Part shown: in pieces, positions 28,718-39,024 of the stretch | Layout: the number at the start of each line of letters is the position of its first letter | Numbering within the stretch: position 1 is the first letter of the stretch | Virus record (IMG/VR): IMGVR_UViG_3300037067_013379 | Span: 13,497-77,496 of that record | DNA length: 64,000 bases | Strand: one strand, 5' to 3' | From: a virus | Lineage: Duplodnaviria; Caudoviricetes | The notes under the pieces: model-generated | Database searches by the model: none | What the model was told of the DNA's origin: nothing | The model's input: the letters and a program-made list of their open reading frames with translations, nothing else | Program-made: the position numbers and the translations under genes

Positions 28718-31700
28718 ATGGCGAAATCCGGGCAGGCATCAGTCGAAATTTTGGCTGACTTTGCCCGATTCGCGTCGACGTTCCAGCGGGATCTGAACGC
28801 GGCCCTCCGCGGCGTCACCCTCGACATGAGCGGGATCTCGGACCAAATCGCGAACGGGGTCCGCCGCGGGGTCGACGAGGCGAACCACGAGTTCCGGCGA
28901 CTAGGCGACCAGGCCGGCGACTCGTTCAACATCATCACACAGCAGTCGTCGCAGGCGGGCCGGTCGATGGCCGCGTCGTTCGCCGCCGCGGGTCGGCAGA
29001 TGTCGGGCATCGGCGACGACATGACGTTGGCGATCAGCCTCCCGATCGCCGCCGCGGGTACCGCGACCGTGCATACGGCCGGCGACTTCGAACAGGCCAT
29101 GAACAAGGTGAAGGCCGCGACGGAGTCGTCCGGGAAGGAGTTCACGGACCTCCGCAACCTGGCCATCGACCTCGGGTCGACCACGGCGTTCAGTGCGTCC
29201 GAAGCCGCGTATGCCATGAACGAGTTGGCGACGGCCGGTTTCGACACGAACGAGATCATGGGGGCGTTGCCGGGTGTCCTCGACATGGCCGCCGCCGGGT
29301 CGGTGTCGCTGTCGGACGCGGCCGAGATCGCATCGGGGATCCTGAACGGGTTCGGGTTCGCCGCCACCGACCTGTCGTACGTCAACGACGTTCTCGCGCG
29401 CGACTTCCTGGCCACCGCAACAAACCTGTCAGATTTGGGCGAGTCGTTCAAATATGTAGGGCCTACAGCGAAATCAGCGGGTTTGACGTTCACGGAGGTC
29501 GCGGCGGCGATCGGCCTGATGGGTAACGCCGGAATCAAAGGCTCGATGGCCGGCACCGCCCTCAACGCCTCCATCTCCCGCCTGCTCAAGCCGACGGGCG
29601 AGGTCGAGACGACCCTGCGGAACCTCGGCGTGACCGTCACAAACTCGTCAGGGAAACTCCTGCCCCTCGTCGACATCATGCGGCAGTTGGAGGCGGCGGG
29701 GGCCGACACCACCGACATGATCACCCTGTTTGGGCTCGAGGCCGGCCCGGACATGATGGCGTTGTTGTCCCAGGGATCCGCGGCCCTCGCCAACCTCGAC
29801 CAGCAACTACAGAACGCCGGTGGCACGGCCAAGAAGGTTGCCACGACGCAGATGGCGGGCTTCAACGGCTCGATGGACGAACTGTCGTCGTCCGCCGAGG
29901 GCCTGATGATCGCGATCGGTGACGCCGGCCTCCTCGGGTGGATGACGTCGCTCGTCGACGAGCTCACGCAGTTGACGATGAAGGCGTCGAAACTGTCCCC
30001 GACGCTGCTAAACATCGCGGTGATCGTCGCGGCCATCACTGCGGCGATCGGCCCGTTCCTCGCGATCTTCGGCCGGATGGCCACCGCGATCGGCGAGGGG
30101 ATCCTGGCGTTCAAGAAGTTCGGGTCGTGGGCGGTTCGGGTTGCGCCGTGGCTGGCGACGCTGTCCGGGCCGATCGGCTGGGTGATCGCCGCCGTCATCG
30201 CCCTCGCGATCGCCGCGGTGGTCGCGTACAACAAGTGCGAGGCGTTCCGGGTCGTCGTCGACCGGGCGTTCCGGGCCGTGGCCACGGCGGCCGTGTGGAT
30301 GTGGCAGAACGCGATTATGCCCGCGTTCAACTGGATCGTCGCGAACGCGAAGGTCGTTGGGGCCGCGATCGCCCGACTGTGGCAACAGTCTCAGCCGGTG
30401 TTCGCGGCATGGGGTGCGGCCATCCTCCGCATCTGGAACTCGGCGATAAAGCCGGCGCTCGGGCCGATCGGCGAGTCGTTCAAGACGGCCGGATCGGCGA
30501 TCTCGGCATTCTGGTCCGGCACGGCCCGGCCCGCCCTGGTGTCCCTGCTGGCGTTGTTCGCACGGGTCGCCGTGGCGGTCCGGGCATGGTGGGCGGGTAA
30601 CGGCGACACGGTCATGCGCTCGGCTGCGGCCGTCGTGACGTGGTTCGGTGGCGTGGCGTTCCAGGCGTGGACGCGGTTCATGGCGGTGCTGCGGGCGGTC
30701 GCCGCAGTGATCACGTGGGTGATCGTCAACGTCACGATCCCCCTTGCGAAGGCGCTGATATCGGTCATCCGGACCGTGGTCACGACCGTGATGTCGATGA
30801 AGAACGTGTGGATCGTGGTCGGCGCTGTGATCGTCGCGGCCGTGCTGGTCGTGGTCGCGATCGTCAAGGTTCTGTGGACGGCGTTCAACACGATCGTTCC
30901 GGCGGTTGCCGCCATCGTCACCTGGCTGGTCACCACGATCGTCGTCCCGATGTTCACCGCGCTGGGTGTGGCGGTCAAGGCGTTCGTCGCGGTGCTGACG
31001 TGGATGTGGACGTCGGTGATGTCCCCGGTGTTCTCGGCCCTCGGCGCGGCCCTGAACGTCGTCGGTGGCGTGGTCATCTGGCTGTGGACGTCGGTGTTTG
31101 TTCCGGCGTTCCGGGCGGTCGCGGCCGTGGTGTCGTGGATGTGGAACACGGTCCTGATGCCGGTGTTTACCGCGATCGCGGTAGCGATCGGCGCGGTCGT
31201 TGCTGTCGGCATATGGTTTTGGACCACGTTCGGTCCGATTTGGTTGGCTATTGGTAGCCTGATCTGGTCGTTGTGGTCCGGCGTCATTTCTGTCGTTTTT
31301 TCCCTGTTCAAACTTGCATTCACGGTGCTCGTTGCCGCCGCACAGGTCTGGTGGACGGTCGTCGGGGCGGTGTTCATGGCCGTCGCAGCCGTCATCGTCG
31401 CCGTGTGGTCCGGCGTGATCGCCCCGATCCTGAACGCGATCGGCGCCCTGTTCACCTGGCTATGGTCCGCGGCGATCCAGCCGGCCCTGACCGCTATCGG
31501 CGCGTTCTTCATGTGGCTGTGGACCGCGGCCATAGCCCCGGTCGTATCCGGCATCTCAAGCGCCTTCATGTCGATGTGGGCCGTGATCCAGGCCGTGTTC
31601 AACGCGGCCGTGTCGTTCATTCGCGCGGCGATCTCCCAGATCGTGGCGGCAGCCTCCGGCGTCGTCGGCTTCGTCAACACGATCTCCTCCCACTTCCAAA

Positions 31701-32299
31701 ACGCGGTCAACGCGATACGCGACAAGATCAACGCCGCTGTCGGGGTCGTCCGCGGCCTCCCCGGACAGATCACCTCCGCGGTCGGCAACCTCGGATCCCT
31801 GCTCTACAACGCCGGACAGAACGTCATCGACGGCCTCATCAGCGGAATCTCGAGCCGCATCGGATCCCTACGGGCGAAGATCGGGGAGGCGGCCGGGGCC
31901 ATCCGCGATTCGCTGCCGTTCAGTCCGGCGAAGGAAGGGCCGCTGTCGGGTTCCGGCGACCCCACCATCTCCGGCGGCAAGATCGTGCGGATGATCGGCC
32001 AGGGCATGGAGGCCCGGATACCAGACCTCCGGTACTCGGTCGACCGTGTCCTGGCCACCATGCCCGAACAACTCGTCGACATGAAGACACTGGCACCGGC
32101 CACCGCGACACTCACCCCGACGTCGACCCGCGTCCTCGTTCCGGCAACCGCCACCACAGCCGCAACCGCCGCCGGTGCCGGAACCACGGTCAACTACCAA
32201 ATCACGGTCAACGCACTCGACCCGCAGGCGGCGGCACGGGCCGTCATCGACGCAATCCAGACCTACGAGAGACGCAACGGCAAGGGGTGGCGGGCATGA
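28718..32299 (+). CDS. Tape measure protein (TP901-like)
   Basis: 1193 aa; FEQAMNKVKA, LGSTTAFSASEAA, GIKGSMAGT, Trp/Ala-periodic repeats and FSPAKEGPL. Confidence 0.95.
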   Translation: MAKSGQASVEILADFARFASTFQRDLNAALRGVTLDMSGISDQIANGVRRGVDEANHEFRRLGDQAGDSFNIITQQSSQAGRSMAASFAAAGRQMSGIGDDMTLAISLPIAAAGTATVHTAGDFEQAMNKVKAATESSGKEFTDLRNLAIDLGSTTAFSASEAAYAMNELATAGFDTNEIMGALPGVLDMAAAGSVSLSDAAEIASGILNGFGFAATDLSYVNDVLARDFLATATNLSDLGESFKYVGPTAKSAGLTFTEVAAAIGLMGNAGIKGSMAGTALNASISRLLKPTGEVETTLRNLGVTVTNSSGKLLPLVDIMRQLEAAGADTTDMITLFGLEAGPDMMALLSQGSAALANLDQQLQNAGGTAKKVATTQMAGFNGSMDELSSSAEGLMIAIGDAGLLGWMTSLVDELTQLTMKASKLSPTLLNIAVIVAAITAAIGPFLAIFGRMATAIGEGILAFKKFGSWAVRVAPWLATLSGPIGWVIAAVIALAIAAVVAYNKCEAFRVVVDRAFRAVATAAVWMWQNAIMPAFNWIVANAKVVGAAIARLWQQSQPVFAAWGAAILRIWNSAIKPALGPIGESFKTAGSAISAFWSGTARPALVSLLALFARVAVAVRAWWAGNGDTVMRSAAAVVTWFGGVAFQAWTRFMAVLRAVAAVITWVIVNVTIPLAKALISVIRTVVTTVMSMKNVWIVVGAVIVAAVLVVVAIVKVLWTAFNTIVPAVAAIVTWLVTTIVVPMFTALGVAVKAFVAVLTWMWTSVMSPVFSALGAALNVVGGVVIWLWTSVFVPAFRAVAAVVSWMWNTVLMPVFTAIAVAIGAVVAVGIWFWTTFGPIWLAIGSLIWSLWSGVISVVFSLFKLAFTVLVAAAQVWWTVVGAVFMAVAAVIVAVWSGVIAPILNAIGALFTWLWSAAIQPALTAIGAFFMWLWTAAIAPVVSGISSAFMSMWAVIQAVFNAAVSFIRAAISQIVAAASGVVGFVNTISSHFQNAVNAIRDKINAAVGVVRGLPGQITSAVGNLGSLLYNAGQNVIDGLISGISSRIGSLRAKIGEAAGAIRDSLPFSPAKEGPLSGSGDPTISGGKIVRMIGQGMEARIPDLRYSVDRVLATMPEQLVDMKTLAPATATLTPTSTRVLVPATATTAATAAGAGTTVNYQITVNALDPQAAARAVIDAIQTYERRNGKGWRA

Positions 32300-33672
32300 G
32301 CATGACCCTGTTCGCGGACTGCGGCGACTCGGTCGAGATGACCGTGAACATCGGCATGATCTCGGAGGCCACCACAGCCGGGATCTGGGACGTGGCGCTG
32401 TGGGACACCGGCACGTGGGGAACCGGAATCGTCCCGGTCGACGTGTCGGCGTGGGTTCGGTCATTCACTAGCTCACGGTCGTTCCAGTCCGGACAGGACG
32501 TGTGGAACGCCGGATCACTCACCCTCGTATTGGACAACCGCGACGGCCGCTTCTCCCCCGACAACGTCGCTACGACTCCGACTCCGGCGCCGTACGCGTC
32601 CGGTGGGATCAGTGGCGTTCGGCCGGGGTGCCCGATCAGCGTTCTTATGACGTACGCCGGAATCGAATATCCGGTATTCACCGGGTATGTCACGTCATGG
32701 GGTGAGTCGTGGACCGAGCACGGAACGGTGTTCAACCCGTCCGACTGCAACAACGACCCCGAGAACCTGGACCGCGTCGGTGACGCGTTCATGACCGTCA
32801 CGGCAACGGACGTGTGGGGCCGCCTCGGCGCACAGCGGCGCCGCGTGCCGGTCTCCCCGGCCGTCGGGGCCGGTGACGACTACGGCCAGAGGATCGCCCG
32901 TCTCCTCGTAGCTGCCGACTTCTCCGGCTCGATGTACCTGTCGGCCGGGGCCGTCACGTTCCAGGAAACCACCCTCGAGTCGGAAACCATCGGCGAGATC
33001 AACAAGGTGGTGCAGTCCGAGGGCGGGGTGTGTTACGCCGACGCCGACGGAACGATCGTTGCGCGTGGCCGCTACGACCCACTCACCGATCCTCGTTCCA
33101 CGACGCCGCAGATCTATTTCGGTGACAAGGCCGGCGAGACGCTGTGGTCAACGCTGACGGTTGCCCCCGTGTCGGACGACCGGATCGTTAACCATGCCGT
33201 TTTCGCGTGCTCCGGGGGGACCGACCAGGAAGCGTCAGATCCTGTGTCTATATCCATCCATGGCATCCATGACGATGACCAACAGCCGACGGACCTTCTA
33301 TGTCAAACGGATGCACAGGTCCTCGGCCTCGCACAATGGGCCGTGCTCGTCGGCGCCTATCCCGAGGCGACGGTAGAGCAAATCGAATTGAAGCCCCGTT
33401 GTGACTTGGCAACGCTCGCCCCGCTGGCGCTCGGATCGAAAATCCGTGATCTGGTTTCAATTCGCGTACGTCCACCATCGGCCCAGTACCACTATCTCGA
33501 CCGCGAATGCTTCATTTCCGGAATTACGCACACCGTCAGCGAAAACGATTGGACGTTCAAGATAAATACGTCGACGGCGAAGCAGTATCGGCGATTCGCC
33601 GGATCACGCTGGGACGAGGGCGTATGGGGCAGTAGTGACATCGATCCTAATGCGGCGTTGTGGTTCCTGTGA
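32296..33672 (+). CDS. Minor tail protein
   Basis: ATGA overlap with the TMP gene; LVLDNRDGRF, YPVFTGYV and ITHTV..DW motifs. Confidence 0.8.
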   Translation: MSMTLFADCGDSVEMTVNIGMISEATTAGIWDVALWDTGTWGTGIVPVDVSAWVRSFTSSRSFQSGQDVWNAGSLTLVLDNRDGRFSPDNVATTPTPAPYASGGISGVRPGCPISVLMTYAGIEYPVFTGYVTSWGESWTEHGTVFNPSDCNNDPENLDRVGDAFMTVTATDVWGRLGAQRRRVPVSPAVGAGDDYGQRIARLLVAADFSGSMYLSAGAVTFQETTLESETIGEINKVVQSEGGVCYADADGTIVARGRYDPLTDPRSTTPQIYFGDKAGETLWSTLTVAPVSDDRIVNHAVFACSGGTDQEASDPVSISIHGIHDDDQQPTDLLCQTDAQVLGLAQWAVLVGAYPEATVEQIELKPRCDLATLAPLALGSKIRDLVSIRVRPPSAQYHYLDRECFISGITHTVSENDWTFKINTSTAKQYRRFAGSRWDEGVWGSSDIDPNAALWFL

Positions 33673-33687
33673 TTGGGAAGGTATGAA

Positions 33688-34323
33688 ATGGCGTTTATCA
33701 ATGACGTTGCACCGGGACAGGTCATTTCATCTGCCACCTGGGGAAATCGTATCCGCGACCAGGTCATTAGTACCGTAGCGAACCTCGCGGCGGCCCCGGC
33801 AACCCCGGTCGAGGGGCAGCACATTTACACGCAGGACACCGATCGTGTCTACTACTACAACGGCACGTCATGGTGCCCGGTAGCTGGTCAATGCATCGCG
33901 CGGGGAAACCGAACGACGAGTTCGAGCACCACGACCAGCGAAATTGGGGTCATCAGCGTAGCGGTGGACCTCAAGGCCGGCCAGATGATCATTATCAAGC
34001 TCTCGCCGTTGCTGCTCTACTCCAACACGTTCGGCGACTTCGTGTTCGGGCGGTTGCGCTACACCACTGACGGCTCGACGCCGGGCACGTCCAGCACGAT
34101 CCTCGCCACCGTAGCGGGCTACACGGGCGCCGCCCAGTCGGTTACCCCGCTCGTGGCCAAGTACGTCCCCGGCAGTGACATCACGTTCGGGTTGCTGCTG
34201 ACGACAGGGCGAGGCTCAGGGACCGGGACGGTCGGGCTTGTCGTCAACTCCAACGTTCCGGACATCGACCTTATGATCATGGCCGCTGGGGCCGACCCCG
34301 GCGACACCGGCGTCGACATCTAA
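33688..34323 (+). CDS. Minor tail protein
   Basis: V.PGQVISSATWGN.IRDQV and P.EGQ..Y..DT motifs. Confidence 0.7.
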   Translation: MAFINDVAPGQVISSATWGNRIRDQVISTVANLAAAPATPVEGQHIYTQDTDRVYYYNGTSWCPVAGQCIARGNRTTSSSTTTSEIGVISVAVDLKAGQMIIIKLSPLLLYSNTFGDFVFGRLRYTTDGSTPGTSSTILATVAGYTGAAQSVTPLVAKYVPGSDITFGLLLTTGRGSGTGTVGLVVNSNVPDIDLMIMAAGADPGDTGVDI

Positions 34324-34334
34324 AGGGAGGAACC

Positions 34335-34739
34335 ATGATCGAGCAGCGTCCGACCAATCCGGACGGAACCACGGGACTATGGGACACCGAACAACCTGGC
34401 TACGTCGAGCGCGAACGCCGGTGGAGTGCCATGGTTATGGGGCCGGACATGGCCGTCGTCGTGCGCTGGGAGCCGGTGCTCGGGCCGAACGAGGACTGGT
34501 CCGGGTACCCTCCGACGTACGAGTTGACGTGGTCGGAGTGGCAGGCGAACCACGAGACGCAGTATCAACTGTCGCTCGACGGCACGCCGATCACGGTCGT
34601 CACCGAACGCAAGGCGGCATGGCGGCACGTACGCAGGCTCGCGAACGGCACGGACGCGTACACAGAGGAGAACGTCCGTCGGGCCTTCGGATCCCTCCTC
34701 CGCATCATCTCGGACCAGATTCCGGAGGTTCCGGACTGA
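34335..34739 (+). CDS. Hypothetical tail-region protein
   Basis: GGAGGAA RBS; in operon. Confidence 0.65.
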   Translation: MIEQRPTNPDGTTGLWDTEQPGYVERERRWSAMVMGPDMAVVVRWEPVLGPNEDWSGYPPTYELTWSEWQANHETQYQLSLDGTPITVVTERKAAWRHVRRLANGTDAYTEENVRRAFGSLLRIISDQIPEVPD

Positions 34740-34740
34740 T

Positions 34741-34890
34741 CTACGCCAGCATCCCGGCGACTATCATCGCGATCGCCGCGACGGCCAGGGCGACGACGGC
34801 AACGACTGCCATCGGCGAGAAGTCCGGAGTTCGCGGAACGTAGGTCTCGATGTCGTCGTCTGCGCTAGTCAACGTCGGCGTCATACCCAT
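34741..34890 (-). CDS. Small single-pass membrane protein (49 aa)
   Basis: MGMTPT...MAVVAVVALAVAAIAMIVAGMLA, with a hydrophobic C-terminus. Confidence 0.4.
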   Translation of the reverse strand: MGMTPTLTSADDDIETYVPRTPDFSPMAVVAVVALAVAAIAMIVAGMLA

Positions 34891-34969
34891 ATCATCACAC
34901 CCCACCATGGCGGCCCGTCCTGGCCGGTCCAGGTGGGTCGTAGCGCGACAAATCGAGTAAGGAGGCCCG

Positions 34970-35971
34970 ATGGGACACTGGACCGACCTACCGGCCGTGT
35001 GGCACCAGGCGGCCGACAACTTTGGCGATGGCGACTACGTACCGAACGAGCCGGCCGACCGGATGGCGGCCGTCAACGGCATCGCCCTACACATCGCGCA
35101 GGGATCAGGCGCCGGAACCGTCTCCTGGTGCGCTAACCCGTCGTCGGACGTCGGCCCCCATTTCGTCGTCGACGAGTCCGGAAACATCACGCAAATGGTC
35201 GACACCGACGACTATTCGTGGTGCCAGGCCGCGGGAAACCGATACTGGTTGTCCGTCGAGAACGCCGGCTGGTCCGGCAACCCGTTGACGGCCGGGCAGA
35301 TCGAGGCAAACGCCAGGATCCTTGCCCGCGCACACCAGGTGTACGGAGTCCCGCTGCAGGCGACCGACAGCACGTCCGGGCGCGGTCTCGGCTGGCACGG
35401 CATGGGCGGCGCGGACTGGGGCGGCCACTACGACTGCCCCGGAGAGCCGATCAAGGCACAGCGCGGGGCAATCATCGCCCGAGCACAACAGATCATCGAT
35501 GGAGGGGGAAGTACGACCATGTCTGAACTTACCGGGTACGACCGCCGGGCCCTGGACAGCATCCTGTACATGCTGTACACGACCTTGGCCACCGATTCGG
35601 ACCCGATTATCTCCGTCCACGTCGTGGACGGCGCACAGAAAACGTGGCCGAACAAGCTCCGGCAGCGGCTGGTAGCGATCGCCTCCGACGCGGAGACGAT
35701 CAAGGCTGGGGTCGCCGACCTCCAGGCGCGGCCAGCCCCCACCGCGACGCTCACCGCGGGGGATCGGGCAGCCATCGCCACGGCTGCCGGCACGTCTGCG
35801 GCTGCGGTGATCGGCGCGCGGATCGACGACCTCGATGGGCAGATCGAGGTGGTACGCGGACTGGTCGGGGCTCTGATCACGGCGCTTGGTGGCGTCGGCG
35901 GTGTCCTGCAGACGCTGCAGTCCGTGCCGGCCCTGTCTACGGATGACGGGTCCGACGCGTCGGCGTCGTGA
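34970..35971 (+). CDS. Endolysin, N-acetylmuramoyl-L-alanine amidase (Amidase_2)
   Basis: IALH, PHFVVD, SVENAG and GLGWH..HYDCPG Zn-amidase motifs; AAGGAGG RBS. Confidence 0.9.
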   Translation: MGHWTDLPAVWHQAADNFGDGDYVPNEPADRMAAVNGIALHIAQGSGAGTVSWCANPSSDVGPHFVVDESGNITQMVDTDDYSWCQAAGNRYWLSVENAGWSGNPLTAGQIEANARILARAHQVYGVPLQATDSTSGRGLGWHGMGGADWGGHYDCPGEPIKAQRGAIIARAQQIIDGGGSTTMSELTGYDRRALDSILYMLYTTLATDSDPIISVHVVDGAQKTWPNKLRQRLVAIASDAETIKAGVADLQARPAPTATLTAGDRAAIATAAGTSAAAVIGARIDDLDGQIEVVRGLVGALITALGGVGGVLQTLQSVPALSTDDGSDASAS

Positions 35972-36035
35972 CGTGAGGCCGCGGGGCCGTACCTACCAGG
36001 CTGGTACGGCCCCCGCTCTCGAGGGGGTGGCACTG

Positions 36036-36290
36036 ATGATCAAGGGTGGGTGGCGTTCCGTCGGGTTCCTCGCGGCCACGGCGGCCTTGGTCGGTTGGGA
36101 GTGTTTTGCGTCGTGGGACGGCGATCCCGGGACGTCGCCATGGACCGATCTGATCGTGACGTACGTGCCGGGGGAGGTCGCGGCCGTTCTGCTGGGCGCG
36201 TTGATCGCGTGGTTGCCAGTGCACTTCGGACTGCGCTACTACCGGAAGGCCCGGGGCCGGCAGGACGACGGCGGGGGGAACGGGTCGTGA
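36036..36290 (+). CDS. Putative holin (two TM segments)
   Basis: Directly after the lysin; two hydrophobic segments and a basic tail. Confidence 0.45.
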   Translation: MIKGGWRSVGFLAATAALVGWECFASWDGDPGTSPWTDLIVTYVPGEVAAVLLGALIAWLPVHFGLRYYRKARGRQDDGGGNGS

Positions 36291-36655
36291 TCCATGGCGG
36301 GTCGGTGACGATCACGTTCCGGGACGTGCCGGTTGAGTTGATCGATGTTCTATTTGGAGGGATCGTGCTGGGCGAGGTCGGCTACAAGGCGTATGGCGAT
36401 TCGGTGGGGTGGAAGAACTACCTCGGCCGACCCATGCCGGAGTGGGGGGAGTTGCCGGAGGCGATCCGTGGCGCGTGGATCGCTGCGGCCGGGGCGATCG
36501 TGTCCGCAGCGACGAGGTTCTACGACGAGGGCACGGCCGCTGGTTGGTCGGGATGTTCGTGTGGGCACCTGGCGACGATGCATGACGTGGAGGAGGCGTC
36601 CGGGGAGGGGCCGGTGTGTTGCGTCGACGGTTGCGGTTGCGGGTCTGGCGGTTAG
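36287..36655 (+). CDS. Hypothetical protein
   Basis: GTGA overlap; YKAYG..VGWKNYLGRPMPEW motif. Confidence 0.6.
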   Translation: MIHGGSVTITFRDVPVELIDVLFGGIVLGEVGYKAYGDSVGWKNYLGRPMPEWGELPEAIRGAWIAAAGAIVSAATRFYDEGTAAGWSGCSCGHLATMHDVEEASGEGPVCCVDGCGCGSGG

Positions 36656-36750
36656 GATCACGGGACGGCTGTCGTTTTATGCGACTGGGCGGCAGCCGGT
36701 TTCCGTTATCTGGGCCGGTGCGTACGCTGGGTGGATCGCAACGACCAGCG

Positions 36751-36787
36751 CGAAGGCCCCCACCATGGGCTACGGTGGGGGCCTTCG
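36751..36787. terminator. Bidirectional terminator at the end of the late operon
   Basis: CGAAGGCCCCCACC...GGTGGGGGCCTTCG between convergent genes. Confidence 0.75.
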
Positions 36788-36797
36788 TCATGTCGGG

Positions 36798-37487
36798 TCA
36801 CCAGCGTGTGATGTCCGTCCCGTACTTGCCGATCATCTCCTCGGCGATCGCGGTGAGGTGTCGGTGGACGTCCGCGACGGTGGCGCGTTCCAGTGGGCAG
36901 TGGTCCCAGGTGTAGTGGTTGTCGTAGGTGTACCCCCACCAGCCGCCCTCGGTCTCGATGCTCGTGACCCGGTGGCAGGTGGCGATGTGAACTACGGGGT
37001 CTCCCCACCGGTCGATGTTTTGGTTTCCCCTGATGCGCAAGCCGTTTGGGTCGCCCTCTCCGATGATGAGTTGGTAGCTGTACCCGGTGTTGACGATCCG
37101 GGGGCCGGTGTGGACCGGGGGGTATCCGATGATCTGGCCGGTTCGGGTGTCGCTGTCTCGGCGGGTCTGGTAGTTCCGGACGCCGGCCTTCCGGCCGTGT
37201 CGGGTGATGTGGATCTCGAAGATGGTGTTGTTGTCGTAGACCCGGAAGTAGGCGACGTACCGGGAGCCCTGGGTGCGCTGGCCGGTGTTGGGGTCGCGGT
37301 GTCGGATGACGGGGAGGCCGGTTTCGGGGTCGATGATTTTGCCGGTCTTGACCAACTCGTAGGTGTTGACGACGTCGGAGATCCGGTCGGTGCGTCGGCA
37401 TGCCTCGGCTCCGACGAATGAGGTTCCGATAGTGATCCACAGTTCGTTGTGGTTCGCGTCGTATGCGGTGATCGTATAGCGCTTCAT
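36798..37487 (-). CDS. Hypothetical protein
   Basis: 229 aa; AGGAA RBS; strong codon bias. Confidence 0.75.
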   Translation of the reverse strand: MKRYTITAYDANHNELWITIGTSFVGAEACRRTDRISDVVNTYELVKTGKIIDPETGLPVIRHRDPNTGQRTQGSRYVAYFRVYDNNTIFEIHITRHGRKAGVRNYQTRRDSDTRTGQIIGYPPVHTGPRIVNTGYSYQLIIGEGDPNGLRIRGNQNIDRWGDPVVHIATCHRVTSIETEGGWWGYTYDNHYTWDHCPLERATVADVHRHLTAIAEEMIGKYGTDITRW

Positions 37488-37533
37488 GGTTCCTGCCTGT
37501 CTGCGTCGTTTGTCTTGGTTCCCCCAGAAAATA

Positions 37534-37572
37534 CCACACCCGTTAGGGGTTGCGATCCCCTAACGGGTGTGG
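37534..37572. promoter_or_regulatory. Palindromic operator (two CCCCTAACG half-sites)
   Basis: Perfect 16-bp arms CCACACCCGTTAGGGG-N7-CCCCTAACGGGTGTGG. Confidence 0.65.
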
Positions 37573-37577
37573 GTGGT

Positions 37578-37766
37578 CTATCGGGTCTTCCACGTCTCGA
37601 CGATGATCGACCCGGGATGCCTCTCGCGGAGCATGGAGCGGAGGTCGCGGAGGCCGGGGCCGTACTGGCACGTCATCGGATCGCCCTCGACGACGTAGTT
37701 GTAGGCCCAGCGCGGAGCGCGTCCCGGATTGATGAGGCGGTAGCGCGTGACGGTGATGGTCTTCAT
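37578..37766 (-). CDS. Small hypothetical protein (62 aa)
   Basis: MKTITVTRY... follows a GGAG RBS. Confidence 0.6.
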   Translation of the reverse strand: MKTITVTRYRLINPGRAPRWAYNYVVEGDPMTCQYGPGLRDLRSMLRERHPGSIIVETWKTR

Positions 37767-37770
37767 GTGA

Positions 37771-38141
37771 TCACTCCGTGGTGGCGTGTTGACGGTGGTA
37801 GGCGCGGAGGGCGGTGATGACGTCGTCGAGACGACCGGCCTCGACCGAGGTGACGAGGCGCTCGAACCGGGTCGGCTCGTTGTCCTTAAGGAGGGAGCGT
37901 GCCAGGACGTCTCGGTCTCGATGGGGCCGTTGCGGTAGCCGTCGAGTTCTGTCGCTCGGGTGCGGATCGCGTCGATGACGGCCGCACGCTGGGCTGGGGT
38001 GACGTTGTGCCGGGGGAAGGTCTTCGGGGTTGGGGTGGTGAAGCCGGCCCCGTGGCAGTTGAAGCACGCGCCGTGGGCGAACTGGCCGGTTCCGCCACAA
38101 CGCCGGCAGCGCCTGGCGCCCTTGGGTGTCGTGATGATCAC
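37771..38141 (-). pseudogene. DnaJ-like CxxCxGxG Zn-finger protein with an apparent 1-bp frameshift near 37903
   Basis: CRRCGGTG..CFNCHGAG. A protein-like C-terminus (ARSLLKDNEPTRFERL...) continues in another frame. Confidence 0.55.
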
Positions 38142-38172
38142 GGTTCCTCCTCGTTCGTCTTGGTTCACCCCG

Positions 38173-38215
38173 AACATACCAAGGGCGTTAGGGATACGCA
38201 ACCCCTAACGCCCTT
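38173..38215 (-). promoter_or_regulatory. SigA-type promoter TTGCGT-N17-TATGTT overlapping a palindromic CCCTAACGC operator
   Basis: Read from the sequence upstream of the GTG at 38141. Confidence 0.6.
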
Positions 38216-38233
38216 GTAGGTGGAGTGGATCGT

Positions 38234-38782
38234 TCAAGCGAATATGGCGAACACGGCCGACGTCATGAACATCGACATCGCCCAGACGAGGGCGAGGGGG
38301 TAGACGACCCGGACCTCGACAGGACCCCCGCACTCGATGCGGTAGCCGTAGGGGAGGCGGACCGGGTCGCGGTTGAACGGCCCGTACGCGGGGGCTCCCC
38401 GGTAGGTGCAGCAGTCCCCGGCGATGTGGACGAGCCACCCGACCATGACGGCGAGGCCGATCCACCACAACGACGGGTGGATGAGACAGGCCAGTAACCC
38501 GAGGAGAAGGCCGTTGACGATTCCGGTGCTGATCCAGTGGGTGAGGCCCCTGTGCCCGAACGCGGCCTCGATCACGTCGGACATGCCGGGGATCAATCTG
38601 TTGATCTGTCGCCCTGGACGGCTGTCTGGGTTGTCGACGTCCGGGGCCTTCGCGGCGGCCCAGGTGAGGAGGGCACCGGCGACGGTCACGTAGTAGGGGT
38701 GGTTGAGGTCGAGCGCGCGGGCGAGTGTGTCACCGGACATCCACACGGCGAGGCCGGTCACGCCGTGGGTCTGCGTCATCAT
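38234..38782 (-). CDS. YdjM/DUF457-like membrane-bound metal-dependent hydrolase
   Basis: TH, PDVD, GHRGLTH and HIAGD motifs with TM segments. Confidence 0.85.
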   Translation of the reverse strand: MMTQTHGVTGLAVWMSGDTLARALDLNHPYYVTVAGALLTWAAAKAPDVDNPDSRPGRQINRLIPGMSDVIEAAFGHRGLTHWISTGIVNGLLLGLLACLIHPSLWWIGLAVMVGWLVHIAGDCCTYRGAPAYGPFNRDPVRLPYGYRIECGGPVEVRVVYPLALVWAMSMFMTSAVFAIFA

Positions 38783-39024
38783 GGCTGGTTGCTCCTTCGG
38801 TTGCCGCTCCCGGTCATCGACTCGATCGCGGCGAGGACGTGTTGGCGCTGGTACCGGCGGGTGTCCCGGGGGCCGTAGCGGGGGAGCGCGGGGACCTTGT
38901 AGCGGGTGAGCATCTCCCGGACGGTCCACCGGCTGAGGCCGGTCACGGCCACGAGGTCAGCGATCGTGACGATCGGGTTGACGTTCGTGGCCGTGACCCG
39001 GTTCCACCCTTTCGGGTTGGTCAC
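38779..39024 (-). CDS. Excisionase/MerR-like HTH protein
   Basis: VTIADLVAVTGLSRWTVREML...RRY; overlaps both neighbours. Confidence 0.6.
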   Translation of the reverse strand: MTNPKGWNRVTATNVNPIVTIADLVAVTGLSRWTVREMLTRYKVPALPRYGPRDTRRYQRQHVLAAIESMTGSGNRRSNQP

